Assembly (NCBI RefSeq): GCF_001194135.2
Contig: NC_068982.1
Location: forward strand, 113,075,321 to 113,139,320
DNA from: Octopus bimaculoides
Taxonomy: Eukaryota
Direction: 5' to 3'
DNA length: 64,000 nt
Part shown: piece after piece, positions 38,201 to 50,699 of the stretch
Position numbering within the stretch: the stretch's first letter is position 1
Layout: every line of letters begins with the position of its first letter
Notes under the pieces: generated by a model
Database searches by the model: none
What the model was told of the DNA's origin: nothing
The model's input: only the letters and a program-made list of their open reading frames with translations
Position numbers and translations under genes: made by a program

Positions 38201-39099
38201 AATTAATAGGTTCACTATTTCTCTAATCTGATTTAAATATTTCTCTAATCTGATTTGTAGCATCAGGAATTTTTTACGGCTAGTGATTTACAAACAAAGT
38301 TTATGAAGGAAAGAAACGAATGAGAACCATATATTTGTTTATAATTTCTTTTTGTAATGAACTGATATTCTAGATTTGTTTCCTGATTTAAAATTTTAAA
38401 TGTGATTTTCTAAAAATTGTGGACGATCCAAATTACCGTTTCTTCTGTTCTCCAAAAGATCAATAAAAGCTAATCATTAAGTGAGGGTCATCGATGGTTA
38501 CAGAAATAAAAAATGAGAATATCTTGAGCATGTCACACTAGTACGGGAGAGAAAAATAATGTTCACATTGAAGAGGTCTCGCCTCATACACAACCAGAAA
38601 AATAGGAAAAACTAATTTAAGTATTGAAACAAGAAAACGCCATGCGTCATTCATTTTTGCTCGATTACCTTCTAAGTTCAAATCCCACTGAAATCAACTT
38701 TACCTTCCATCTTTTCGTGGTCGATAAAATAAAGGACATGTCAAGTACTGAGAGCGATATAATTGACGGCACCTCTGTTCCTCTCCTCACGTATTCCTGG
38801 TCGCGTGCTTATGTTAAAATCACTTGTAAAAGGCTGTGGAGTGGCAAAATCATGTAAGCGTCAGAGTATAGGTTTTGGTAGATTTCTTCTGTTTCTGTAC
38901 ACCGAGGTAAATCTTGCCTTTCATCCGTTCAGGATGGATTATATATATATAAAAATCACCCACGTTCTGTCGTTAATTTAAATGACTGTTCCCTTCTCAA
39001 AATTTGATTGCCTTGAATCGAAAATAGTCCTAGTGTTTATTCCATTTCAAGTACATAAATCGCATCAGCATTCATATGTATACATAATGATGCGGCCTA

Positions 39100-40010
39100 A
39101 ATGTTGCTCCAATCAAGGAAACGTAGCGCGGTATCGCCGTTAACTGAGTCCGAAGCCCTCTATCCTACGTGGTAAAAGGTAGAATTTGAACTCGAAACGC
39201 TAAGATTTGAAACATATACCAAACGTTAACCCGTCTGACTGTCTAACAATATGGTCAATCCACTGCTCCCGAATGCTACTATGGTTAACGACCGCCAGAC
39301 TTTGGACTCCGAGGGCTGAGGCGGAAAACAGGGTATTCTATCCGACGCCCCAAAACACTGGCAATTATTTCTTTCATTAAAGCTAAAATACTAGTTTCAA
39401 ATTTTGGCACACGGCTTGCATTTTTAGTGACGGGTTTGTCGATTGCATCTACTTCAGTAATTGACTGGAGCCTTATTTTATTGCTGTCAAAACGATGAAA
39501 AGTAAGGTACATCGTGGCGGAATTTGAATTCGGTTCGTATTGAGTCTAAAGAAATACCGCTAAACATTTTGTCCGGCACGCTAATGTTTCTACCACTTTG
39601 CAATTTAATAATTCTTCAAATCTAAGCAGAAGGCCTATAACTGTTTAAGGAGGAAGTAAGTCAATTACATCGACTTTCGTATTCAACTGGTACTTATTTC
39701 TTCAAGCTCCGAAATGATGAAAGATAAGATTGACTTCAGCCGAATTTGAACTTAGAGCGTAAAGAACTAGCAAAAGTCCCCTTATGCATTTTGTCCGACG
39801 TGCTAAAATCTCTGTCAGTTCGACATCTCAATAATAAGAATAATTAGCATTATCATTATTATTGTCAGAGTTCAAATACCGCCGAGATCATCTTTGTCTT
39901 TCTCTCTTTCGGGGTTGAAAAAAAAGTAATACCAGTCAAATACTATGGTGAATGTAATCACTTAACACTCTTCCTTCAAAATTGCTGGTCATATTCCAAA
40001 ATTAGAAGGA
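39100..40010. mobile_element. Several decayed family A SINE copies in both orientations
   Basis: Recognisable gaatttgaact / taccagtc / gagttcaaat segments. Confidence 0.65.
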
Positions 40011-40699
40011 ATCATTATTATTATTCTTCAATGAACATATTCTAAATAGTTTTGAAATATCAGCTAATTAAATTTATCTAAATCTCAAGAGAAACTTGTT
40101 TACGTTTTTTTTTACATTTTGTAAGAAACCATAGCACGTTTTAATTTCATATAAATTTTAATCATTCACTACAGTCATGTACAACAGTCACTGTCGTCAT
40201 CGTCGTCGTCGTCGTTGTTGTTGTTGTTGTTGTAGTTATTAAGCGACGGGTCAACAATGATTGATCTAATAGTCGAAGTCATTTTAACTATAACCATCAT
40301 GTATTTTGTATATCCATTACTACGTTACCTAATACTTCCTCCCTTTCTAAAGACTTTAGCAAGATAACTGTTGAGGAAGGTTTGGCTGCTATTTTTAGCA
40401 GATATAGCGAACACATAGACACTTCATCGTTGGCTATATGTGCACAGGTGTAGACTGATGGTAAGACTTACAATGAGATACTGCTCCCAGATCTGGGATA
40501 GTATAAGTGCCACACAAACATTGTAAGTCGAATCTAGTTTATTGGATTTGATCTAGAATGACTGATTAGCCTGAAGTCCCTAGTAAATATATTCTGTCCT
40601 CTGGTACACAAACATAGTTTTTCTGTCACTTTTTTCGTCCAATATAGTAACTTTTGCTTTTCAAGTTTGGCTAGAATCGACCTACCGCGCTTATGCGCT

Positions 40700-41250
40700 C
40701 TTATAACTCCTTTCTCTTGTTCCCATCATACGCATTGTGTCCAATGACGAGAAGCCACATGTCCGGTACCTTCTTCCAAGAAAACTGGGTCTCTGCTATT
40801 CTCTCTCTTCCCATATTTTATACAATCATTTTGTAACACTTGGAGCGACATATTAACGTCACTAAGTGTCACCAGTCTCGAATGGCCTGCGATTGTTATG
40901 GTCACAGCTCTTTCCTCCAAATTCCTATTCCAACAGACAAGAAATTAGAAAATAATATACCAGATATAACGATTGTAGATAAGGAAAAGTGAAGTTGCTT
41001 ATTAATATATAGACACTGATATATCGTCTTTACGACCATTAAAATCTATAGTGAAAAATTTATCCGTGCGTGACAGAAAACGGAAAGGATTTGCATACGA
41101 TGCTGTTAACGGAGGTTTAACAACATCGTTGTGCACAAATACATGAGTCCAAGAAGCAAAGCTTTCTTCAAAGCAAAGCTTTCTTCAAAGCAGAACTAGA
41201 AATGCAATCGCCAAGTAGGTAAAAGGTTTTAAACAGGAGCAATATATTAA
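40700..41250 (+). mobile_element. R4/Dong-like RLE domain fragment
   Basis: ..KFLFQQTRN..NNIPDITIVDKEK.SCLLI.. (WDxxIQTD..PDI motif), decayed. Confidence 0.55.
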
Positions 41251-41519
41251 AAATTGGTAAAACAACAAATTATTGAAGATAAATTAAATTTATTATTGTT
41301 ACTGACTATGTTAGTGTTATTTAATTTCTGAACGGTTTTGCTGCCGTTTGCTTATGTAGTTTGATTTCTTTATCCATCAGTTTCTACTAAGATAGAGACG
41401 CGAGTGAAATTAATAATAGAGAAACGAAAATAAAACTTTGGAAACAGCAATTCCGCCATAACTTAGTGGAATCCATGAGCGTGCTTTCAAGGGAGATAAT
41501 CAGAGAAAGACTTAAAATT

Positions 41520-41746
41520 GAACGTAAGATTGTAATACTTCATGTAAAATAAAGTAAATATAACAAATAACATAGAATCTTTGTCCGGTACCGGATCGAT
41601 TCCAAAATCTAATCAGTTCGTGCCAGTCACGAGACCAAACATCCCTAAAAGTTTCATCCGAATCCATCCAGCGTTTGAGATATCTTGTCCACAAACAAAC
41701 AAACAAACACGACTAAAAACAATACCTCCGCCTACGCTAAGGCAGA

Positions 41747-41752
<6 letters not shown>
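41520..41752 (-). mobile_element. Helentron-associated non-autonomous element (HINE/DINE-1-like), 5' portion
   Basis: Terminal hairpin TACCTCCGCCT..AGGCAGAGGTA (41723-41750) next to (GTTT)n on the minus strand; abuts (TAA)n at 41750-41813. Confidence 0.65.
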
Positions 41753-41808
<56 letters not shown>

Positions 41809-42759
41809 TAATATAAACACTTCGTTTTTAATCAACCTCGGAAGGATGTAAACAAAATCCACCTAAGCAGGATTTGAACACAGGAAGTGAAACGTCCTAA
41901 AAAACATTAAACTGATGCTTTAAAGATTCTACTTCTTACTAGTAATAAGTGCTATTTATTAAGGTATTTAATATATGGTATCATATGCGGTCACACTAAA
42001 ACATCTCTGTCCATGGTTTGTATTTAGGTACGATGAGGAGAAGCATATTTAATCTTACACTATCAAATTAACAATTATATTTTCTGACATGAGCCAGTAT
42101 TGACATACACTGCAGTATAGTCATTGCACTTAAACTATTATTGACGCATGCTAAACAGCTAAAAACTTTCAACCGAAATATTTGCCTCCATTTGTATTTC
42201 CTTTATTTATTTGTCTTTTTGTAAGCAATTTTTTCCACCAACTTTAAAAGTTGTTTTGATTCTAATTGCAGCTGAATGCTTTGTAATTATTTGAAATATA
42301 GTTTTCATTGGATAGTATTGTTGTATTAATTACAGCAGCATATAATGAAGTTTCATTAATTGCTAAAAAATTGGAATTATTGATTTCAATCAACTACTCA
42401 TACGAAAGATAAACAACTGCAGTAGAAACAACCGCTACTACTACTATAATACTACTACCCTTACTACATGAACTCCTAAAAGAGCTATTGATAAAAATAA
42501 TGATTTCTCACATTGGCACAAGGCTGTACAGTTGCAGAGGGAGGAGAGTAAAAAATTTAATTAACTGGAATACATGCCTGATAATTACTTCATCGACCCT
42601 TGAGGCAACAAAGGTAAAATTTTATCTCCAGTGATTTTTTTACTCCAGAATATATGACAACACTAAATAAATTAAGACTTTTATTTCAATGCTAGTTCTA
42701 CACTATCAGCTTGTCAGCAATATTTTAAATATTGGTTTGCAGATATTCCATATTTGAAA

Positions 42760-43500
42760 GTTACAGAAAATTATATATTCTGACACCCATGTCGTTGTTA
42801 TCAATCTCCAGGTCATCCTTGTACTTGCTGACGAATAGTCAATGCATCGCAGCGATGCATATCCCATCCACGCTTTGTTACTTTTTCCCCATTATCAGTG
42901 TATCTAGGACCATATTATTCAATGTGTTCAATCTTCTTTTTAAAATGTTACGTTTAATTTGAGGGCGATTTACCTAACGTACTCCAGTTGGTTCGGTGAG
43001 GTACTTGTTTTGTCCAATGGCGATAAAACATTATTTCCTATATGATGCAAAGACGTATTGAATTGAAAGTTGAAACTCCATCAGAATGACGGTTTCTACA
43101 GATCTCAAGTCTTCAGTATGTCTTACACTAATTAGGATTTCATGAGTTAGTACAACTCAAGAAAACTGTAGTATAGGCAAATAACCGATTCAAAGTCATT
43201 AGGTTTACAATTGCTGCTGCTTTTAGCTCCGTGCAAAGCGTTGATCTAGGGAACATATTGTCAAAGTAGTCTCAGGTATGATTTTGCCTTGGTGTTCCTA
43301 ACATAACAAACTACATCTCGAAGTACAGGGCCAGAAAATATTTCAAATCTGCTGGTTCTCTACCTAGTCAAGTATAATCTACAATGGAAAACTGCTGCCG
43401 CATAGTGGACAGAACTGCAAACATATACGAGACCACAACCAACAAACGAATACTCAGCTACTCAGTCATGTTGTCTCCTTAAACTGCATATTCCGGTGGG
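42760..43500. mobile_element. Decayed R4/Dong-like LINE fragments
   Basis: Minus-strand SKYKD-LEI motif near 42800-42830 and other disrupted LINE-like stretches. Confidence 0.4.
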
Positions 43501-43995
43501 TGTTACTGTAACAGCCTCTGACCCTGGCAACTCTATAAACAATTTAGCTGTACATTAGCTTTATCCATGCTCATGAGCTATATCCTTCTCGTCACTTTCT
43601 GTCAACCATATGTCTCTATTCTGAGGTATCGTGTAAACAACGTCATACTATGATATTCACCAGTAAACATAACACCGATAAAGTAACACTTCTACCCATG
43701 TTTATCCTGCTTACCCCTGCTTATACCTGCTTACAGATATTAAAACGTATGTCAACCATGTCTATCTGATCAGCCTGTGGGACGGCTCATGCACAATATT
43801 CATTTCTCCCAGATAAACTCAGAAAATTGATGAACAATATCGAGGACTATTAGTACTATGGATTCATATGGGAGAGGTAAGTGAAATAATAAAGTTGTTA
43901 ACATTTTAGAAAGTTTAAATATGAAATATTTAATGTAATACAATATACACATATAGGATTGGAAAATAGTCTCGAGTTACGATATGTTTTTATAT

Positions 43996-44400
43996 AGGCG
44001 TGAGAGTGGCTGTGTGGTAAGTAGCTTGCCTGCCAACCACATGGTTCCGGATTCAGTCCCACTACGTGGCACCTTGGGCAACTATTTTCTACTATAGCCT
44101 CGAGCCAACCAAAGCCTTGTGAGTGGATTTGGTAGACGGAAACTGAAAGAAGCCCGGCGTATATATGTATATGTATATGTATGTATGTGTGTTTGTGTGT
44201 GTGTTTGTGTGTCTGCGTTTGTCCCCCCATCACTTGACAACCGATGCTAGTGTGTTTACGTCCCCGTAACTTAGCGGTTCGGCAAAATTGATCGATAGAA
44301 TAAGTACCAGGCTTACAAAGAATAAGTTCTGGGGTTGAGTTGCTCGACTAAAGGCGGTGCTCCAGCATGGCCACAGTCAAATGACTGAAACAAGTAAAAG
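43996..44400 (+). mobile_element. CORE-type tRNA SINE (OR2-like, family B)
   Basis: ggcgtgagagtggctgtgtggtaagtagcttgc..ggttccggattcagtccc..accttgggcaa (MIR-core-like CCTTGGGCAA), internal microsatellite, 3' ..ccagcatggccacagtcaaatgactgaaacaag. Confidence 0.85.
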
Positions 44401-44544
44401 AGTAAAAGAATAAATGCATATATATATATATATAGGGAATGTACTTGCATAGCAAGTAACCTGATCTGAGATCGTGTGCCTGAACAAAGACAATTGCAGT
44501 GTGGAAGGTGTTTATACGCGATTTAAGAAACACAAAAACCGTTA

Positions 44545-45130
44545 ATTTAAATTCAATTTAAATTCAATTTGCCAAAATAGTTTCGTCGCTTTGAGACCGC
44601 GACCTCTTCACTGACAAAATGATGCAGCAGGGAATTTTGTCAATGGACAGGTCGCGGTCTCAAAGCCACGAAAATATTTTGGCAAATTAAATTTAAATGT
44701 TGAAGTGAATCTAATAATGCGAAGTAACTGCAAAGTAAATCACAACAAAACAAACATGTGAATTAATTTAGACTTACCTTGTATTCAATATTTCGGGGTT
44801 ATGACCCCATTTTCAAGAAATTGACGACTGTTGCCGATGTGCGTGTGTGTGAGCGTGTGTGGAGTGGAAACGTGCAGATCTTGGGTTTCTTTTGGTGTAT
44901 GAGGATGACCTCAGAGATTCTAAGGTTGCTCCTGTTCCGTGCTTTGATGTGCACTGTGAATTCCCGGGTCTGGCATTTCTGCAGATGTTTCTTCATGGAA
45001 TTGTATGCCTGCATGTATGTGGGAGAGCCATTGTGCCAATATTATTAACACGTGCACTGGTTCAATTTCACACCTCTATTATTAGTGAGTTAATTAAATG
45101 TCCCACTAACCGATTGTTTGTTTAATTTGG
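44545..45130 (-). mobile_element. Penelope-like remnant (GIY-YIG C-terminus) with a ~130-bp palindrome
   Basis: KKHLQKC..FTVHIKARNRSNLRISEVILIHQKKPKI (PLE GIY-YIG end); inverted repeat 44560-44620 versus 44634-44695. Confidence 0.65.
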
Positions 45131-45189
45131 TTAAACAGCGAGTCCTTTGTTTTGTTTTTGTTTGCTCAAATTTATTCATTGCTACTTTT

Positions 45190-45600
45190 CTTTGTCTTTT
45201 TGCTTGTTTCAGTCATTTGACTGCAGCCATGCTGGAGCACCACCTTTAGTCGAACAAATCTATCCCAGAAGTTATCTTTGTAAAGCTAGTACTTATTCTA
45301 TCGGTCTCTTTTGACGAAACCGCTAATTGACGTGGACGTAGACACAACAACATCGGTTGTCAAGCGATTCTCGGAAGAAAAACATAGACACAAATAACAA
45401 ACACAAATAACAAACACACACACTCACATATATACGACAGGCTTCCTTCAGTTTCCGTCTACCAAATCCACTCACACGGCTTTGGTCGGCTCGTGGCTAT
45501 AGTGGAAGGCACTTGCCCAAGGTGCCATGCAGTAGGACTGAACCTGGAGCCATGTGGTTGGGAAGCAAACTTCTTACCACACAGCCACTCCAGCGCCTAT
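45190..45600 (-). mobile_element. CORE-type tRNA SINE (OR2-like, family B)
   Basis: Reverse complement of the 43996-44400 family. Confidence 0.85.
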
Positions 45601-46074
45601 AAAAAATTATGTCAGAAGTGGAATTCGATCCACGCCCACATTCGTGGACCAGAATACTTGACGTTCTGGTCATGTAGCTTGAGTCTGGCGCCATCGACCG
45701 CTCGGGCATCCTGACAACTTGCAACCTTTTTAATGACCTGGGTCTTAGTCGATTAGGGAGGCCGCATTGGTCTGCTCAAGAACTTGTTTCTTGTGTGTGC
45801 GCGCGTGTGCTTGAGTATGATGACAATAAACACCAGAATATTAATGTGAAGATAAGGAAGAGATACAAGGAACAAAGAGAGACGGCACTCCCGAGAACAA
45901 GTATGGGGTGAAGGTGAAAATTTCCTTTTCTTTATTTCTGGGACGCCAAAATTGTTTTCTTTTCCAGGTGCTGAGTTAAACGAAACTTTTATAAGGAAAT
46001 ATTATTTGAAATTGGCTTTATTAAAGTCTGTTTCTGTTTCAGTAAAATATTTTTTATAAGTTCATATAATTTGT

Positions 46075-46456
46075 AGTGGAGGCGCAATAGCCCAGTGGTT
46101 AGGGCAGCGGACTCGCGGTCATAGGATCGCGGTTTCGATTCCCACACCGGGCATTGTGAGTGTTTATTGAGCGAAAACACTTAAAGCTCCACGAGGCTCC
46201 GGCAGGGGATGGTGGCGAACCCTGCTGTATTCTTCCACCACAACTTTCTCTCACTCTTACTTACTGTTTTTGTTGTACCTGTTATTCAAAGGGTCAGCCT
46301 TGTCACACTGTGTCACACTGAATATCGCCGAGAACTACGTTAAGGGTACACGTCTGTGGAGTGCTCAGCCACTTGCACGTTAATTTCACGAGCAGGCTGT
46401 TCCGTTGATCTGATCAACTGGAACCCTGGACGTCGTAAGCGACGGAGTGCCAACAA
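46075..46456 (+). mobile_element. Full-length tRNA-headed SINE (family C) with 12-bp TSD
   Basis: Head ggaggcgcaatagcccagtggttagggcagcggactcgcgg..ggtttcgattccc (A and B boxes); TSD CATATAATTTGT at 46063-46074 and 46457-46468. Confidence 0.9.
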
Positions 46457-48215
46457 CATATAATTTGTTACTCTCTCCAGAGCTGAATCCATACCGATTT
46501 CGAACGTACATTATATCTCAGATTTTTGGTATTCACGAATTTACACCCGAACTCTGTAAGTCATTATACAAATTTTAACCAGAGATATTTGTTCATACAC
46601 GCGACAAAAATTGTTTCAAGCGGCAATATGAATCGTGTTTTTATACTGACTTCGAAAGGATGAGCAGCTGAACCAGCTTCAGAGGGATTTGAACTTGGTG
46701 AGACTTAATATTGCCTATTGACTGATTCAAAGTATATCACTCTTTTCAAATTACTTACTATAGCCTTATTGCAATATGCTTCAGGCAATTATCAGCTGAG
46801 CAAAAGCAATGTGTGCTGAAAATAGCCATCACTCCAAATTGCTGAGCAAATACTTAAGTGTCACCAGGTGAGAAATCACAACTGCTGCTGTAACAGAATC
46901 GATATCTGGAATATTTATATCTTATATCGACACCATGGAGATAGCATACATCATGGCTGGAAGCTGGAAATTATGATTGACAGTTTAATTCATTCTACTT
47001 AAAGAAAACAAAGCAAACTACTTATAATTTATCATAGTCACTGGACTTCAAATGAAGCTTCAAAGGATTTCAGGAAACTATTGTTTTATGTTGGCATCAA
47101 AGAACCGACAGATTACATTTTGTTCTGAATAAATAAGTCTACTGTATGTGTACACACACACACACACACACACACACAAGCAATACACCACACATACACA
47201 CACATACACACACACACACACAATACACCACGCACACACACATATTTAAATATTTAAAGTAGTAATTTATGTCGTTTTAAATTATATACTTTTATTTGTA
47301 TACTAGTCAACAGAAAATAAACAGACTGTGTGTATTTTAATGACTTTACATAATGTACAGTGGTCAGCTTTTAAAGTTGAAGATTTAAGAAAATAATTGT
47401 ATGTTTTTAGTCTGTCCATTCGATGGCCGGCATAGACTTCTTCATTAAGTATCTGATAGAAGATTTATATTTGAAATACCAATTGTAGGTTAATTTTTAT
47501 GGTCGATAGGTATTAATTAAGGTAGTTCAAAATGTATCATTTCAGGTTATTAAGTCAATCAAAAGATCAAGACTTTGAATATTTAGACGATCATCGAAGT
47601 AATAACTGATTTCACTTCTATTTCTTCCGTCCGCCATGATAACAATTGAATAGAAAAGTAGTGGCTTTCGTTTCTATTTGCGTTTGTAGTCTGTCTTTTC
47701 ATCAATAATTTGATATAAATATCTTAACTATTACAAAGATGCTGCTGCAATGACTTGGTTATTAAGATGTGAACTTGACTAAATCTTTTAGTGCATCATC
47801 ACTTTTTATAATTATAAATTTGATTATCACTGGGTATTGCTAGTTCATTCAATTTTTCAGCCTCTGTACACTCTAAATATACATGACCTAGATTTCTATT
47901 TAAAAAGCATTGATTTTTGAAACAAGTGTCTAACTGAATCAGCAATGACATGAAATGCAAACTCTAACTATAACAATATATTACTCTCGTTAGATACACA
48001 TTTTTTTATTCCTATTCTTCTATTTTCGGTTTCACTTGTCTTTCCTTTCTTCATTTTCGATTAGTTTTCGTTTGCTGCTCTTGGTGGCCAGTATCTCACC
48101 ACTGAAGCTCAGTCATAACATAAAAAAGAAGGTCGTAGAATGATAAACAAAGTTCATATTACACGTTTCTTGTATAGACAGCCGGCGAACATCCAACTAA
48201 AACTGATGGACAGAC

Positions 48216-48343
48216 CTCTGTACGCAGTGTTATTGGGTCACTTTCGCAAAAATCAATGTTATTAGTATGACAGTTCTCTATCGTTATATAATTGTTGTAT
48301 CCAATATTTACTGACTGATGTATAGAATTTTTGTAAGTAAATG
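48216..48343 (-). CDS. Candidate exon encoding a RHIM-like motif (FTYKNSIHQSVNIGYNNYITIENC..)
   Basis: Open frame within ORF 48159-48458; possible acceptors before 48343 or 48314; donor GAG|GTCTGT is moderate to weak. Confidence 0.25.
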
Positions 48344-48674
48344 CTATTTCAACTACACAATATGTATGTGTGTGTGTACACTGTGAATAAATAGGGACAA
48401 TATATCCAAGCGGGTGCCCTACAAGCACGCTTGTATAATCTAATTTACGATTACCCACATCATTGGATTATAAACAGATTATTGAGAGTATAGCAAAGAA
48501 AATCCAAATAAAGAACGCGAACAATACATCAACACACTTTTGTTTTTCATTATTACAGTCAATTATACAGCATATTTATAAGGTCGAATTCATAACCCAT
48601 TTTATAGCAGTATCAGGTTTCTAAATGTTACTGTCTCATTCTTTGCACTCAAAACCCATCGTCCAATACCAAAT

Positions 48675-48803
48675 ACTAGAAAAGCACTCAGAGAGAATAA
48701 ACCTCCGCCAAGCAGCTCATTTCCCCCCATGTGCACGCATGCTCTAAATCGCCCAATTTCCCAAATCAACGCCGGCAAAAAATAACCTCCTTGGCGGGGG
48801 TAA
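48675..48803 (-). mobile_element. Mini Helentron-associated element with subTIRs and 3' CTAG
   Basis: 5' TTACCCCCGCCAAGGAGGTTAT ... 3' CTTGGCGGAGGT-hairpin(ctctctgagtgc)-TTTTCTAGT; subTIRs match 11/12 (48701-48712 versus 48790-48801). Confidence 0.75.
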
Positions 48804-48932
48804 AAAAATAATAACACAGCCATATGATTTTTTAAAAACCCTCTAAAAACAGGAATCGTCTGAAGCAGTTATAATACATCAATCAACTAGCAAGCTAGTT
48901 TCACCATACAACTAAAAAGAAACAACAATTAC

Positions 48933-50207
48933 CTAAAACTTGAGTGATACACAGACAACATCATGGTCGGAAAAGTAACAGTTGGTTACGGTGACTTGTG
49001 GACGCCGATCCTGGTTCCCGTAAACATGATCTAGCAGGCTTCCATAGTCGGTGGTGGTGGGTTTTTGGACTAGTTGGTCGAACCCAAACTGGTTCGTAGT
49101 TGTCAAGATCTCATGGTTAGAGGAATCAAGGAGATCCACGTTGAAATCATGAAAGACGATGGTCAGGTGATTCCTTGGCAAAAATCTTATAAGATGATCC
49201 AGGTTGGTGAGGGAAGGAGCAACTGGTACGGAAGATCTGTAATTGGTGATCATATTGATATTTGTTGACGAGATGGTCACCCCAACAGCGGTGTACTCTA
49301 AGCCACTGACATTCAAATGTATATCGGTGGAGGTGATCTCCTGCTTGGCAACAGTCATCACCCCACCTCCACGCCCCAGTGCAGTAGGCCTGTCTGCTCT
49401 AGTGATCTCCGTCTGCGGTAGGATGGATGTTACTTGTTGATTTGGCTTAAAGAACGTTTCCACGAAACAAAACACATCAACATTTTGAAGAGTGTTGGCC
49501 ACTTTCAAGTCTTGTTCATGTTCAAAGTAGGACCTGATATTGAGCAGTCTGATCTGCAGTCCTCCATGAGTAACTGTGGGAGCAGCAGAAGGCAAAGTTT
49601 CAGACGACGTTTGCTGTATAAAACTGTCCATTTCACGAACAACAGATGGATTAGTGCGGATTGCAGTGGCATCAAATCTAATCAAGAAGAGACCACTCAA
49701 ATGCCGGACATGACTCAAAACAACATACGCCTGGCCAGGCATAAAGGAACCTCTGGAGCTAGATCGACATTTCTTAATTGATCTTCCTGTAGCAGCTCTC
49801 TTTCTTTTACAACACCTTCGTCTTCTTCTTCCGCATGTTAGAACACCAAAGCATCCCAGGCATCCTCGGGAGGTTCCATCCTTTTCAAATCGCCATAGGC
49901 TCTGTCCAGTTCATCACCGTTAACACTGAACATGGCTTCGTTAGAATGGACAGTAGCTTCGACGCTTTCGTAGTGTTCTTGATAGGATGGATAGTCAGCT
50001 TTCAAATCAATCTCTTCATCTCGCCATGGATAGTAAAGCATCAACAGGTTCCTGTATCTGCCTTTTCCTTCCTTCTTTTCTTTGTGGAACTTTATGATGC
50101 AGTGGCGCTTTCGTTTTTTCATGCACGCCAAGCTGTTTTTTAGAGTGATAACTTTCGGGAGTTTATCTGCAATTTCTTCGGTAACTGAATTATTGCCACT
50201 AACTTCT
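48933..50207 (-). mobile_element. Internally deleted Helentron (Helitron2-type) coding remnant: Rep-Hel linker, PIF1 C-terminus and AP endonuclease
   Basis: LPKVITLKN..MKKRKR.CII..YRNLLMLYYPWRDEEIDL (linker); PGQAYVVLSHVRHLSGL (PIF1 motif VI) fused to an EEP domain with LNIRS, FVETF, YRS, DFNVD, TT.YGSLLDHVY, YFSDH. Stop at 49838-49840 and an out-of-frame deletion junction near 49745. Confidence 0.88.
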
Positions 50208-50365
50208 ATTGGGGCTCAGAGATATATAACACACTGCCTAAATACCAATCTGCAGAAATTAGGCTTCTCAAAACCAGAAAAGAGTAAGCTGATTCGAAGA
50301 CTTCAGAGCTAATCCATCACTGGAACTGTAAAAATTGTAAAACTTTCCAGAAGTTAATCATTTAA
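50208..50365 (+). mobile_element. 3' end of R4/CRE-like LINE
   Basis: LQKLGFSKPEKSKLIRRLQS*SITGTVKIVK. Confidence 0.6.
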
Positions 50366-50452
50366 GTATATATGAGCATGTGTAGACATGTAACTATATG
50401 TATGAGAATGCATGCATAAAACGAAACATAGAAATATGCACACATACATACA

Positions 50453-50483
<31 letters not shown>

Positions 50484-50699
50484 CCTGCTGATGTTGAAAT
50501 TCCAATGATGGAGCCTTGGATCTAGGTTAGAAACCGTCTCTTTCTCTATTGGAAAGAAATCTTGAAATGTAACTGAATAATGACATACATACATATTAGA
50601 CTGAGTATGAAGTGCGGTTAAAATGATCTTTCCCACTGAATATACAGGATATATAGGTGTATGGGAAATCTGTATCGTGGAAGTCGATAGCTGATAGAA

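Noticed and set aside
43823-43876. Plus-strand exon-like segment KIDEQYRGLLVLWIHMGE|GTAAGT
   Set aside because: It needs the weaker second AG, since the better acceptor gives stops in all frames; it lies among TE debris and its dUTPase-like resemblance is too weak.
46078-46150. tRNA-like cloverleaf
   Set aside because: It is the head of a TSD-flanked SINE, not a tRNA gene; the same applies to the other SINE heads.
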